A stretch of 55,869 nt of DNA. Source: Anaerolineales bacterium (GTDB lineage Bacteria > Chloroflexota > Anaerolineae > Anaerolineales > E44-bin32). Shown piece after piece: positions 36,893 to 46,371 of this stretch. The stretch spans positions 1 to 55,869 of the forward strand of contig JBFJVD010000002.1 of assembly GCA_041624375.1 (NCBI GenBank), given 5' to 3'. Within the stretch, counting starts at the first letter, position 1. Each line of letters begins with the position of its first letter. Both the position numbers and the translations under genes were made by a program. The notes beneath the pieces are model-generated. The model did not search any database. It was given only the letters and a program-made list of their open reading frames with translations, and was not told the origin of the DNA.

Positions 36893-37759
36893 TCAACCCC
36901 GGAAGATGAACGACAGGCTCGAGATCAGCACGAACATCAGGCTGGCGCCCAGCTGGCGCAAACCGATGCGCGTTGGGGTCACGCTTCGCGCAGGGCGCAG
37001 CACAGCATCCACTGCGTCGACCGCCAGCAGACCGAACGCGATGGTCACGCCCCATGGGAGGGTCGCTGCCAGTGACAGGCCGGCCGCCAGTCCAAGATTG
37101 AACAGGTGGTAGAGCAGCGGCCGCCAGGCCGCGCGCAAGCGGGCGTCAAGCTCAGGAAGGGAGTCTTGGTCGCGCTGCCCCAGCCGCAAATACACCAGCA
37201 GGATCGACGCAGCTGCTTGCAGCCAGGTGATCAGCCAGAGCAGCACGGCGAGTCCGAGCTCCTGACCGCCGGCGACCCAGAAGGCAGCCGGCGCAGTGAG
37301 CGCCAGCACACCGGCCCCAACCAGCTCAATCCCAACCCGCCCCCGCTCCGCCCGTCGGCTCACCAGCCAAAGATGCCAGAGGAAGACCGGGATGCCGGGC
37401 GCGGCGAGCCACAGGAGCCGGCTGTGGCCGGCGAAGACAAGGAGCAGGATCAGGACGCTCAGGGACCCGCCGTATATGGCGGCCCAGGCGAGCGAAGCCC
37501 GCAGATCACTTCGGCGGCGGCGCCGGCTCAAGACCTTGACGACCATCGTCACCGGCTGCCGCAGCAAGAACGCTGTCAAACTGGCGCCAACAAGAAGGAG
37601 CGCGGAAGGCCCTGGGCTTCCACCAGCAGCCAATCCGATCGCCAGCGGGCCGAACAACCAGATCCAGGCGCCATGTTCGGCGGGGATGGCGTACTGGCGC
37701 CGCCAGAGCCCCTGCGATCGACTCAGCTCCTGGCGGGCAGGTGCGGGTCCGGCATTCAG
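36893..37759 (-). CDS. YwiC-like (UbiA-superfamily-related) membrane protein; start uncertain
   Basis: IPAEHGAW motif upstream of the track start; about 8 TM segments; only CTG codons available in frame upstream. Confidence 0.7.
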   Translation of the reverse strand: MNAGPAPARQELSRSQGLWRRQYAIPAEHGAWIWLFGPLAIGLAAGGSPGPSALLLVGASLTAFLLRQPVTMVVKVLSRRRRRSDLRASLAWAAIYGGSLSVLILLLVFAGHSRLLWLAAPGIPVFLWHLWLVSRRAERGRVGIELVGAGVLALTAPAAFWVAGGQELGLAVLLWLITWLQAAASILLVYLRLGQRDQDSLPELDARLRAAWRPLLYHLFNLGLAAGLSLAATLPWGVTIAFGLLAVDAVDAVLRPARSVTPTRIGLRQLGASLMFVLISSLSFIFRG

Positions 37760-37791
37760 CTGGCGCTCATGTGGGGGGTGGGCGTCGGCGC

Positions 37792-38118
37792 TCAGTACTT
37801 ATAGTCCTCACGTACCGGGCTGAAGACATCGATCACGCGCGCGCCCTCCGGCCCGGCTACGGCGCGGTGGGAGACATCTCCGGGGATCAGATAGCTTTCA
37901 CCGGCCTTGAGCGAGCGGGTCTCGCCTTCCACGGTGAGGGTCATCGTCCCCTGGATCATCACGCCGGCTTGTTCGTGGGGGTGGCTGTGTTCCGGGAGCA
38001 CGGCGTTGGGGTCGAGTTCGACGTCGGAGATCAGCATGCGCTCGCCCCAGTGAGTCCGGATGCGGATTCCCGGCGCCACCTCCTTGGCCGATCGCTCGAC
38101 TGCGTCGAAGAAGTACAT
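37792..38118 (-). CDS. Cupin domain protein
   Basis: PEHSHPHEQ and IPGDVSH cupin motifs, DVFSPVREDY; AGGAGG RBS. Confidence 0.9.
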   Translation of the reverse strand: MYFFDAVERSAKEVAPGIRIRTHWGERMLISDVELDPNAVLPEHSHPHEQAGVMIQGTMTLTVEGETRSLKAGESYLIPGDVSHRAVAGPEGARVIDVFSPVREDYKY

Positions 38119-38252
38119 CGCTCCCTCCTGCGGCATACCTGCAGCGCGTGCGCTACGTCATCATACACCGGCTGTAACCCGCCGACAGTGCGGTCTTTCG
38201 GGGTGATATAGTGAGACGGCAGCCTCATCATTCCGGCTCAAGAGGAGGACGG

Positions 38253-39353
38253 ATGTCCATGGAACGGCTCGACCGAGTCCGCGCGCAGCTCGAACGTTTG
38301 CAGGTCGACGCGGTCGCCCTTGTCCCCGGCCCGAATCTGCGCTACCTGACCGGCGTTTCCTTCCACCTGCTCGAGCGGCTCTTCCTGTTCATCCTGCCGC
38401 GAGAGGGGGAGCCGGTGGCCGTGCTGCCTTCGCTGGAGCTGCCCACCTGGGAAGCGGGCGCTGCTTTTGCGGCTCACCTCTTTGGCTGGCACGACTCCGC
38501 CGGGCATGCGGCGGCGCTGGCGAGCGCCGTGGAGGCGCTTCCGCCGATTGAATCGCTGGCGGTGGAGCATCTGCGCATGCGGGTGATGGAGTTCCGCACG
38601 CTGCAGTCGGTCTATCCCCAGGCGCGCTTTTCATCGGCGGAGGATGTGCTGGACCCGGTGCGCATCCGCAAAGATGGGGCGGAACTGGAGGCGCTCCGGC
38701 GGGCCATCGCCATCGCAGAGACCGCGCTCGAAGAGGTCGTCGTCGAGGTGTCCGCCGGCCTGAGTGAGCGCGAGATCGCCAACCGGCTGAGCGCTGCGCT
38801 CCTGGCGCATGGCGGCGAGAGCGTACCGATCGACCCGATCGTCCTCAGTGGCCCTCGATCAGCGTTGCCTCATGGGACCGCCGGCGCCCGCAGGGTGGAA
38901 TCCGGCGACTACCTCTTGATCGATTTCGGGACGACGATTCGAGGCTACCACTCAGACATCACCCGCACCTTCATCGTCGGCGAGGCGCGTGAGAAGAAGC
39001 AGCGGGCGGTGTACGAGGCCGTGCGCGCCGCCAACGAGGCGGCGCGGGCCGCCGTCCGACCGGGCGTGTCCTGTGCCGACGTGGACGCCGCCGCGCGCGC
39101 CGTGATCACCGCTGCCGGCTACGGCGACGCCTTCATCCACCGCACTGGCCACGGCCTGGGCATCGATATCCATGAGGCCCCCTCGATCGCTGCGGGGAAT
39201 TCGCTGGAGCTGGAACCCGGGATGGTCTTCACCATCGAGCCGGGGATCTACCTGCCCGATTGGGGCGGCGTGCGGGTTGAGGACGATGTCGTCGTCACCG
39301 CGGAAGGCGCTGAAAGCCTCACAGGCTTCGACCGCGACCTGCGCTTCATTTAA
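38253..39353 (+). CDS. Xaa-Pro peptidase (M24B family)
   Basis: Creatinase-type N-domain, IDFG, SDITRT, HRTGHGLGIDIHE, TIEPG, GVRVEDD; GAGGAGG RBS. Confidence 0.93.
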   Translation: MSMERLDRVRAQLERLQVDAVALVPGPNLRYLTGVSFHLLERLFLFILPREGEPVAVLPSLELPTWEAGAAFAAHLFGWHDSAGHAAALASAVEALPPIESLAVEHLRMRVMEFRTLQSVYPQARFSSAEDVLDPVRIRKDGAELEALRRAIAIAETALEEVVVEVSAGLSEREIANRLSAALLAHGGESVPIDPIVLSGPRSALPHGTAGARRVESGDYLLIDFGTTIRGYHSDITRTFIVGEAREKKQRAVYEAVRAANEAARAAVRPGVSCADVDAAARAVITAAGYGDAFIHRTGHGLGIDIHEAPSIAAGNSLELEPGMVFTIEPGIYLPDWGGVRVEDDVVVTAEGAESLTGFDRDLRFI

Positions 39354-39374
39354 CTTCCTTTCAGGTCGCCCCTG

Positions 39375-40754
39375 ATGAACGACCCTGCCCAGGCGGATGT
39401 GGTGATCTGCGGCGCCGGTATCGCCGGGATCGCGGCTGCCTGGGCGCTGAGCGCGCGTGGTCAGCGGCAGGTGGTGCTGGTCGACGATCGCCCCCCCATG
39501 ACGTTGACAAGCGACAAATCCACGGAAGCCTACCGCAACTGGTGGCCGGCGCCCGACGGGGCCATGATCGAGCTGATGAACCGCAGCATCGACTGGCTGG
39601 AGCAGCTCGCTGCCGAGAGCGGAAATGCCTTTCTGCTCAACCGGCGCGGGTATCTCTACGCAACGAAGATGCACGAACACGTGGACGTCTGGCGGCTGCA
39701 AGCGGAACGCGCGCAGGCTTTCGGCGCCGGCAGGCTGCGGATCCATGATCAAATGCCGGGCAGCGGCTATCGAGCCGCGCCCGCCGAGGGCTTCGCGGAT
39801 CAGCCCGACGGCGCTGATCTGCTCCTGAGTCAGGGACTGATCCGCCAGGAGTTTCCATTTCTCTCGGAAGAGGCCGTCGCCGTGCTTCACACACGCCGCT
39901 GTGGCTGGTTTAGCGGCCAGCAGCTCGGCATGTACTTGCTGCAAAAAGCCCGGGATGCCGGTGCCGAGGTTCTCCAGGGCCGTGTCACCGGCGTGGGTAC
40001 CGGCGGCGGCCGGGTGGACTCGGTGCATGTGCAGACCCCGGCGCGCAGCCTGCGGCTGGCCACCGGCGCGTTCATCAACGCCGCCGGCCCGGACGTTGGC
40101 GCCGTCGCCGAGCTCTTAGGGGTGGAACTGCCGGTCTTCTCCGAGCTCCATCTCAAGATGTCGTTTCCAGATGCGCATGGCGCGCTCCCGCGGACGGCGC
40201 CGATGGTGATTGGTGACGATGAACTCGAGCTTGACTGGGATCCGGCGGAAGTCCGGCTGCTGAGGGAAACGGGCGCGCCGCCCTGGCTCATGGAGCGCCT
40301 GCCGGCCGGGGTGCACACGCGCCCGGAAGGCGGCCACGGGAGCCAGAACGTGCTGCTCCTTTGGCCGAACCATTTGGAGCCCGTTCAACCGCGCTTCCCG
40401 CTTCCGGACGATCCCTTCTTCCCCGAAGTCGCGCTGCGCGGGATGGCGGCGTGGATCCCCGGTTTTCGCACCTACATCAATCGGCTTCCCCGACCCTACA
40501 TCGATGGCGGCTATTACACCAAGACGGTCGAGAATCGGCCGCTCATCGGCCCGCTCCCCGTCGAAGGTGCCTATGTGGTCGGCGCGCTCTCGGGTTTCGG
40601 CCTGATGGCCGCCTGCGCCGCGGGGGAGCTCGTTGCGGCGCATGTGCTTGGCGAAAGGCTGCCGTCCTATGCGCCGGCCTTCCGCCTCGAGCGCTACGAC
40701 GACCCGGCCTATCAGGCGCGCCTCAAAGACTGGGGCCCCAGCGCACAGCTCTGA
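39375..40754 (+). CDS. FAD-dependent oxidoreductase (DAO/sarcosine oxidase-like)
   Basis: VVICGAGIAG, FINAAG, GYYTKTVENRPLIGP, LSGFGLM. Confidence 0.88.
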   Translation: MNDPAQADVVICGAGIAGIAAAWALSARGQRQVVLVDDRPPMTLTSDKSTEAYRNWWPAPDGAMIELMNRSIDWLEQLAAESGNAFLLNRRGYLYATKMHEHVDVWRLQAERAQAFGAGRLRIHDQMPGSGYRAAPAEGFADQPDGADLLLSQGLIRQEFPFLSEEAVAVLHTRRCGWFSGQQLGMYLLQKARDAGAEVLQGRVTGVGTGGGRVDSVHVQTPARSLRLATGAFINAAGPDVGAVAELLGVELPVFSELHLKMSFPDAHGALPRTAPMVIGDDELELDWDPAEVRLLRETGAPPWLMERLPAGVHTRPEGGHGSQNVLLLWPNHLEPVQPRFPLPDDPFFPEVALRGMAAWIPGFRTYINRLPRPYIDGGYYTKTVENRPLIGPLPVEGAYVVGALSGFGLMAACAAGELVAAHVLGERLPSYAPAFRLERYDDPAYQARLKDWGPSAQL

Positions 40755-40945
40755 GAGTCACCGGCACACTCGAGGCAGTCGTGCCCGGTACCGATCTGCG
40801 CCGATTTGTGGCAAAATGCGGGGGCGCCGGAGGGGCGCCTGCAGGATCGTTCAATGCACAGCGCCAGGGGTGGCGCCGTAGTTAAGATCGGCGGCTCGGC
40901 CTCCTTCACCTCGAGCTCCCGACAGGAAGGACATCAACCCCATCC

Positions 40946-42379
40946 ATGAGACTATTCCCCTTCGGTCGAAAAACGGAAGCCCGCAAAGTCCTGGTCATTG
41001 GTTTGGACTGCGCCGCGCCCGAGCTGGTCTTTGATCGCTGGCGGGACGAACTGCCAGCCTTTCGGGCTTTGATGGAGCGCGGACGCTGGGGCGAGCTGCG
41101 CTCCAGCCTGCCGGCTATCACCGTCCCCGCCTGGTCGTCGATGCTCTCAGGCCGCGACCCGGGCGAGCTTGGCATCTACGGCTTCCGTAATCGGGCGGAC
41201 CACACCTACACCGGCAAGTTCATCGCCACCGGCAACTACGTCCGTGTCAAGCGAATCTGGGACTACCTGGATGAAGCCGGCAAGCAGTCGATCGTTATCG
41301 GTGTGCCGCAGACTTATCCGGTGCGCCCGATCAACGGGCAGCTCATCTCCGGCTTTCTGGCGCCCGGCACCGACAGCGAATTCACCTATCCGGCTGCGCT
41401 GCGGGATGAGGTGCTTGCCATCGCCCCCGGGTACAGCGTGGACGTGCGTGAGTTCCGCACGGAGAACAAAGACTGGCTGCTCGACCAGATCCAGGACATG
41501 ACCGAGAAACGCTTCCGGGTGGTGGACTACTTGATCCGGGAGCGGCCATGGGACTTCTTCATGCTTATGGAAATTGGCGTCGACCGCATCCACCATGGCT
41601 TCTGGAGCTACCACGATCCGGGGCACCGGCGCTATCAAGCCGGGAACCCCTACGAGCGTGCGATCTACGACTACTATGTTCGTATCGATCAGAAACTGGG
41701 CGAATGGCTTGATGTCATTGACGATGACACGGTTGTGCTGGTGGTCTCCGATCACGGGGCGAAGAAAATGGACGGTGGGATCTGTGTGAACGAGTGGCTG
41801 GTACGGGAAGGATACCTTTCCTTTAAGACACCGCCGGAAGCGGGCAAGATCACCCGCTTCGATGAGGAGAATGTTGATTGGTCGAAGACGATGGCCTGGG
41901 GAGACGGCGGCTACTACGGCCGGGTATTCCTGAACGTGAAAGATCGGGAGCCCGAGGGCGTGATCGAGCCGGCGGCGTACGAGCAGTTCCGCGACGAGCT
42001 GGCAGAGAAGCTTTGCGCCATTCCGGGTCCCGACGGCGAGGATCTCGGTACCCGGGTGTTCAAACCTCAGGAGGTTTACCGCTCTGTGAGCGGTGTGGCC
42101 CCCGATCTCATGGTCTACTTCGGCGACCTTGACTGGCGCTCCGTCGGATCCCTCGGCCATGGCGACGTCTACACGTTTGAAAACGACACCGGCCCCGACG
42201 ACTGCAACCACGCGGAGAACGGCCTGTTCATCCTGGCCGACCCGCGGGCGGAGCCACGCCGGTCGCCAGTGGAGGGTGCGCAGCTCATGGACGTCACGCC
42301 GACACTGCTGGAACTCTTTGGGATCCCGATCCCGGCTGAGGTTCAGGGCGAAAGCTTGCGCACAAGGGGCGGCCGATGA
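40946..42379 (+). CDS. Alkaline phosphatase superfamily protein (type I phosphodiesterase/NPP-like)
   Basis: VIGLDC, nucleophile region PAITVPAWSS, DRIHH, VSDHG, NHAENG. Confidence 0.88.
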   Translation: MRLFPFGRKTEARKVLVIGLDCAAPELVFDRWRDELPAFRALMERGRWGELRSSLPAITVPAWSSMLSGRDPGELGIYGFRNRADHTYTGKFIATGNYVRVKRIWDYLDEAGKQSIVIGVPQTYPVRPINGQLISGFLAPGTDSEFTYPAALRDEVLAIAPGYSVDVREFRTENKDWLLDQIQDMTEKRFRVVDYLIRERPWDFFMLMEIGVDRIHHGFWSYHDPGHRRYQAGNPYERAIYDYYVRIDQKLGEWLDVIDDDTVVLVVSDHGAKKMDGGICVNEWLVREGYLSFKTPPEAGKITRFDEENVDWSKTMAWGDGGYYGRVFLNVKDREPEGVIEPAAYEQFRDELAEKLCAIPGPDGEDLGTRVFKPQEVYRSVSGVAPDLMVYFGDLDWRSVGSLGHGDVYTFENDTGPDDCNHAENGLFILADPRAEPRRSPVEGAQLMDVTPTLLELFGIPIPAEVQGESLRTRGGR

Positions 42380-43464
42380 TCCCGTTTGACGCCGGCCGCG
42401 GCACCCTCGCTGTGCTCCTTTCCGCGGCCGCGCTGCTCGCAGCCTGCGGCGGCACGCCAACGCCGATCCTGCAAGCGACAGCGACCCCGGCCCCGCCGAC
42501 GGAGATGCCGACTCCTGAGGGTCCGCCCGACGGGCCATCACCGACCTCCGTGGTACCGATTGAACTGGAGCTGGCTTCCGATGCATACCGGCATCCCGAA
42601 GGCCTCTTCTCACTGCGCCCGCCGGAAGGCTGGGAGCTCATGGTGACGGAAGCCTCGGCGGAATTTCGTTCACCGGACGATGCGCTGCTCATCGAGGCGC
42701 AGTCCACCTACACAGGCTATGCGCTTGCGGCGGATGCCTTCACCGCCTTTGTCGAGGGCCGTGAAGGGACGCTCTTTGCCGAGAAGCCGGGCTTTGTATC
42801 GCTTCAGCAGGAGATCGCCGCAAACGCAGGTACGGCGAGAAGCGTTAAGCAGGTGGAGCTCGAGGGTCAGTTGTGGACGGTCCGGTCGAGCTATGTCCAG
42901 GGCGGGGCGTGGATCCATGTGCTGGAGTCAAGGGTCCCGAGCGACAGCTATCCGGCCTACGAGCAGGCCCTGGCGGCGTTCGAGGCCACCTTTGACGCGC
43001 CCGCCAATCTTGCGGCCGGCGAAGCCGCCTACTCGTGGGTGATCTCGTTTACCGGACCGCAGGACCTTTTCTCATTTGATGTACCCGTCCCATGGAAGCA
43101 CGAAATCCTGCGCGCGAATTTCGTGGCGGTGGACAGCTTCATCTCCCCGGACGGCAGGGCACAGGTGCAGTCGATCGTCTTTGACGACGGGACCACCATT
43201 TCACGCGCCGAGGCCGGCACGCTGGCCCTGGCGATGCTGCGTGACTACTACGCAGAAGACGTTGATGTGGTGGACGATCTGGTTCAGCCGGACGGCAGTG
43301 AACGGCTTACCTGGGTGTCACCATCGGGCGAGTTTACCGGTGTGTCGTTCTTTGAAACCCAGGGCACGACCTTCCTGATGCTGACGCTACAGTATGAGGC
43401 AGCTGTTGAGGACATCTATCTAGATCTGCTAACCTATCTAGTGGGGACCTACAACGCGCCCTGA
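42376..43464 (+). CDS. Lipoprotein with two tandem PsbP-like domains
   Basis: Lipobox LAAC, PT-rich linker, duplicated domain starts (GLFSLRPPEGW / DLFSFDVPVPW). Confidence 0.7.
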   Translation: MIPFDAGRGTLAVLLSAAALLAACGGTPTPILQATATPAPPTEMPTPEGPPDGPSPTSVVPIELELASDAYRHPEGLFSLRPPEGWELMVTEASAEFRSPDDALLIEAQSTYTGYALAADAFTAFVEGREGTLFAEKPGFVSLQQEIAANAGTARSVKQVELEGQLWTVRSSYVQGGAWIHVLESRVPSDSYPAYEQALAAFEATFDAPANLAAGEAAYSWVISFTGPQDLFSFDVPVPWKHEILRANFVAVDSFISPDGRAQVQSIVFDDGTTISRAEAGTLALAMLRDYYAEDVDVVDDLVQPDGSERLTWVSPSGEFTGVSFFETQGTTFLMLTLQYEAAVEDIYLDLLTYLVGTYNAP

Positions 43465-43592
43465 GCCCACGGTCATCTCGGAGAACGATCCGCCGCCGGT
43501 CATCCCATCTCCCAGCCTCGGCGAAGGCCCTTGCCGGCGGTTCCATGGTTCGAACGCCCTGAGCACCGAATCGCTGTCCGCCCCTCATCCGT

Positions 43593-43616
43593 CAGGATGA
43601 AATTGATTTCATCCTG
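43593..43616. promoter_or_regulatory. 24-bp inverted repeat, putative operator
   Basis: CAGGATGAAAT-TG-ATTTCATCCTG, 11-bp perfect arms. Confidence 0.55.
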
Positions 43617-43846
43617 CGGGGTGATGCAATTCGAGCCTCGTAGCTACAAAATAGTGTTAGCTCATGGTTGGGTAGCTGGTTTGAAGCTGCCAAAAGCACG
43701 GCCAGGCGCTCCATCGTCTGATTGGTTAGCGACTAGAGGGAGGGGCCGAAGAGCTCCCGAGTTTGCGCAGTGTCCTTGAGGAGGAAAACAAACCGGAGGC
43801 TTTCCTGACCGCTGCTATCGCTAGCCAGCACCTGACAAGCAACGTG

Positions 43847-43902
43847 AAAGCCTTTACTTCCTCGCAGAGGTGAAAAACTCCCACGAGGAGGGCTTTCTTT
43901 TT
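43847..43902 (+). terminator. Intrinsic terminator/attenuator upstream of the PaaK-like operon
   Basis: AAAGCC...TTCCTCG / CGAGGAG GGCTTT followed by CTTTTT; an alternative pairing 43796-43804 with 43846-43854 is possible. Confidence 0.55.
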
Positions 43903-44240
43903 CGACCAGCGGAACCTGTCCCGAAGAAGTCGTAGCGGAAGTTTGGCCCGCCCTCACGCAACGCTTGGCGCCGCCGAGTTCTCTTCCCATCTTCGCTGAC
44001 TGAATCGGGTCCGCACGGCTCGACCACCGGGTCGGGCGCGTCCAGATGTGCAGACCGGCTTCGGCAGGCCAAAGCACCGGACAGGTTTCGGGGCTCTGGT
44101 CGCCCGGCGCGTCTGCGGGCCGTGAACGCGGACAGGGCAGCGGCCATAAAGCTGGGTTTGGCCATCGAGGCGAGGTCGCCTGTACCCAGCTAACGGCTGG
44201 CTGCCGGGCTCGGATCGTGATCCAGAGGAGAATCGACCGC

Positions 44241-45566
44241 TTGGAAACCCTTTCCGTCGGAACCTACTACCGCCCAGAGGTCGAAACGGCGAGCCGTGAC
44301 GAGTTGGCGCAGCTCCAATGGGATGCCCTGCGCAAGCTGGTCCGGACGCTTTTCAGCCACAATCCGTTCTATCAACGCAAGTGGGAGTCTGCCGGGCTGA
44401 CTGACTGGCGTGACGTGGACTCGTTTGAGGCGTTTAAGCAGCTCCCGATCATCACTCGCGCCGACCTGGCGAAGGACCAGGATGATGCGCCGCCGTACGG
44501 CACCAACCTCACCTTCCCGCTGGATCATTACACCCATTGGTACCGGACCTCCGGCAGCAGTGGACGTCCCCTCAGAGTGCTGCTTACGCGTGACGATTGG
44601 ATCGCCGTGGGAGAAACCTGGGCGTATAACTTCGCCGGCGTCGGCCTGCGCCAGGGCGATCCGCTCTACATCGCGTTCGGCTTCGGCCCCTATGCTGGCC
44701 TCTGGGGGGCGGTGAGCGGCGCCGAAATGTACGGACTCATGATGATCCCCGGCGGTGGGCACCGCACACTCGAACGGATCCGATTCTTGCTGGATCTGAA
44801 GCCGGCGGCGGTGGTCTGCATTCCCTCTTATGCGCTGAGGATGGCAGAGGCGGCGCGTGAGGAGGGCGTCGATCTCCGTGCGACAGGCGTCCATACCCTG
44901 ATTACCGGGGGCGAGCCGGGGGCCAGCATCCCGGCGACCAAAGCCCGCATCGAGCAGGCATGGGGCGCCCGCAATTACGACACCATCGGCCTGTCGGAAG
45001 TCGGCCACCATAGTTTCGAATGTACGTCCCAGAGCGGGGTCCACATGATTGAGAGCGGCTTCATCACCGAGGTCTTCGACCCAGAGACGGGTGAGCCCAC
45101 ACCCGAGGGCGAGGTGGGTGAGATGGTGCTGACGGCGCTGGGTCGCACGGGCATGCCGGTCGTCCGCTATCAAACCGGCGATCTGGTGCGGCTGAACACC
45201 GCGCCCTGCAGCTGCGGGCGCACCTCCGCCAGGCTCGTGGGCGGCATCCTCAGCCGGACGGATGGAATGATCACCGTCCGCGGTATCAATATCTTTCCAA
45301 CAGCGCTCGAAGACTTCCTGCTGACTTTTCCCGAGGTCCGCGAATTCCTGGTCGAGATCTACGAGACGCGCGGCATGCGCGAGATTCGTATTCAGATCGA
45401 GATCGATGCGGCGCCTGACAGCGATGCCGCCAAGCAGGCGGCGCTCCGCGTGGCTGAGGATCTTCGGCACCGGCTGGCGCTGCGGGCCGATGTCGCCGCC
45501 GTGCCTGCCGGATCGCTGCCGCGTCCCCCCGGGAAAGCTCGCCGCTTCGTGCATACGGTTGAATGA
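44241..45566 (+). CDS. Phenylacetate-CoA ligase family adenylate-forming enzyme (PaaK-like)
   Basis: TSGSSG P-loop, GGEPG, IGLSEVG, RYQTGD, RTDGMITVRGINIFP, GKARR; TTG start after GAGGAG. Confidence 0.9.
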   Translation: METLSVGTYYRPEVETASRDELAQLQWDALRKLVRTLFSHNPFYQRKWESAGLTDWRDVDSFEAFKQLPIITRADLAKDQDDAPPYGTNLTFPLDHYTHWYRTSGSSGRPLRVLLTRDDWIAVGETWAYNFAGVGLRQGDPLYIAFGFGPYAGLWGAVSGAEMYGLMMIPGGGHRTLERIRFLLDLKPAAVVCIPSYALRMAEAAREEGVDLRATGVHTLITGGEPGASIPATKARIEQAWGARNYDTIGLSEVGHHSFECTSQSGVHMIESGFITEVFDPETGEPTPEGEVGEMVLTALGRTGMPVVRYQTGDLVRLNTAPCSCGRTSARLVGGILSRTDGMITVRGINIFPTALEDFLLTFPEVREFLVEIYETRGMREIRIQIEIDAAPDSDAAKQAALRVAEDLRHRLALRADVAAVPAGSLPRPPGKARRFVHTVE

Positions 45567-45573
45567 GGTGAGG

Positions 45574-46371
45574 ATGGAGAACGGATCGAAGCCAAAAATC
45601 GAAGCGGTCGACCTGACCAAGGTCTACGGCCCGGAGCGAGGCGGTGTGCTGGCCCTGGACCGCTTCAATCTGGATGTTCGCGCCGGCGAGTTCGTTTGCG
45701 TCGTCGGTCCGAGCGGCTGCGGGAAGACCACCTTCCTGCGCATCCTCGGTGGTCTGGTTGAGCAGACCTCCGGGAAGCTGGTCGTCCATCGGGATGGCGA
45801 TTATCAGACCCCGCTCACTGCGATCGTCTTTCAGGAGTATGCCATCTTCCCCTGGCGCACGGTGATGGACAATGTGGCCTTTGGTCTCGAGATGCGCGAC
45901 GTTCCGGAGCGCGAACGAGAGGAAGTCGCCGGCTACTACGTGCACAAGGTGGGCCTCACCGAATTCGCCTACAGCTATCCGCCGCAGCTTTCGGGGGGCA
46001 TGAAGCAGCGCGTGGCCATTGCCCGAGCCCTGGCTGCCGACCCCGAGATCTTGCTGATGGACGAGCCGTTTGGCGCGCTCGATGCCCAGACGCGCAACGT
46101 GATGCAGGAAGAGCTTGTACGCGTGTGGGAAGAAGAGCGCAAGACGGTGGTCTACATCACCCACAGCATCGAGGAGGCGATCTTCCTCGGCGACCGGGTG
46201 GTGATCATGACGGCTCGCCCCGGAACGAACAAACGCGAGTTCTCCATCCCGTTCGACCGGCCCCGGTCGCTCGAAATCCACCGAAGCAAGCGCTTCGGTG
46301 AGCTGTACTACGAGATCTGGCAGGTCCTTTTCGAAGAAGTCCAGCGTTCGATGCAGGAGGAGGAGGCATGA
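45574..46371 (+). CDS. NitT/TauT/SsuB-family ABC transporter ATP-binding protein
   Basis: GPSGCGKT, FQEYAIFPW, LSGGMKQR, DEPFGALD, THSIEEA. Confidence 0.94.
   Translation: MENGSKPKIEAVDLTKVYGPERGGVLALDRFNLDVRAGEFVCVVGPSGCGKTTFLRILGGLVEQTSGKLVVHRDGDYQTPLTAIVFQEYAIFPWRTVMDNVAFGLEMRDVPEREREEVAGYYVHKVGLTEFAYSYPPQLSGGMKQRVAIARALAADPEILLMDEPFGALDAQTRNVMQEELVRVWEEERKTVVYITHSIEEAIFLGDRVVIMTARPGTNKREFSIPFDRPRSLEIHRSKRFGELYYEIWQVLFEEVQRSMQEEEA

Noticed and set aside
43730-43850. Known riboswitch (SAM-I, glycine, T-box) or an Arg-rich leader peptide (VSLRRKTNRRLS)
   Set aside because: Only fragmentary resemblance; core consensus elements are absent and the mini-ORF lacks a properly placed RBS.
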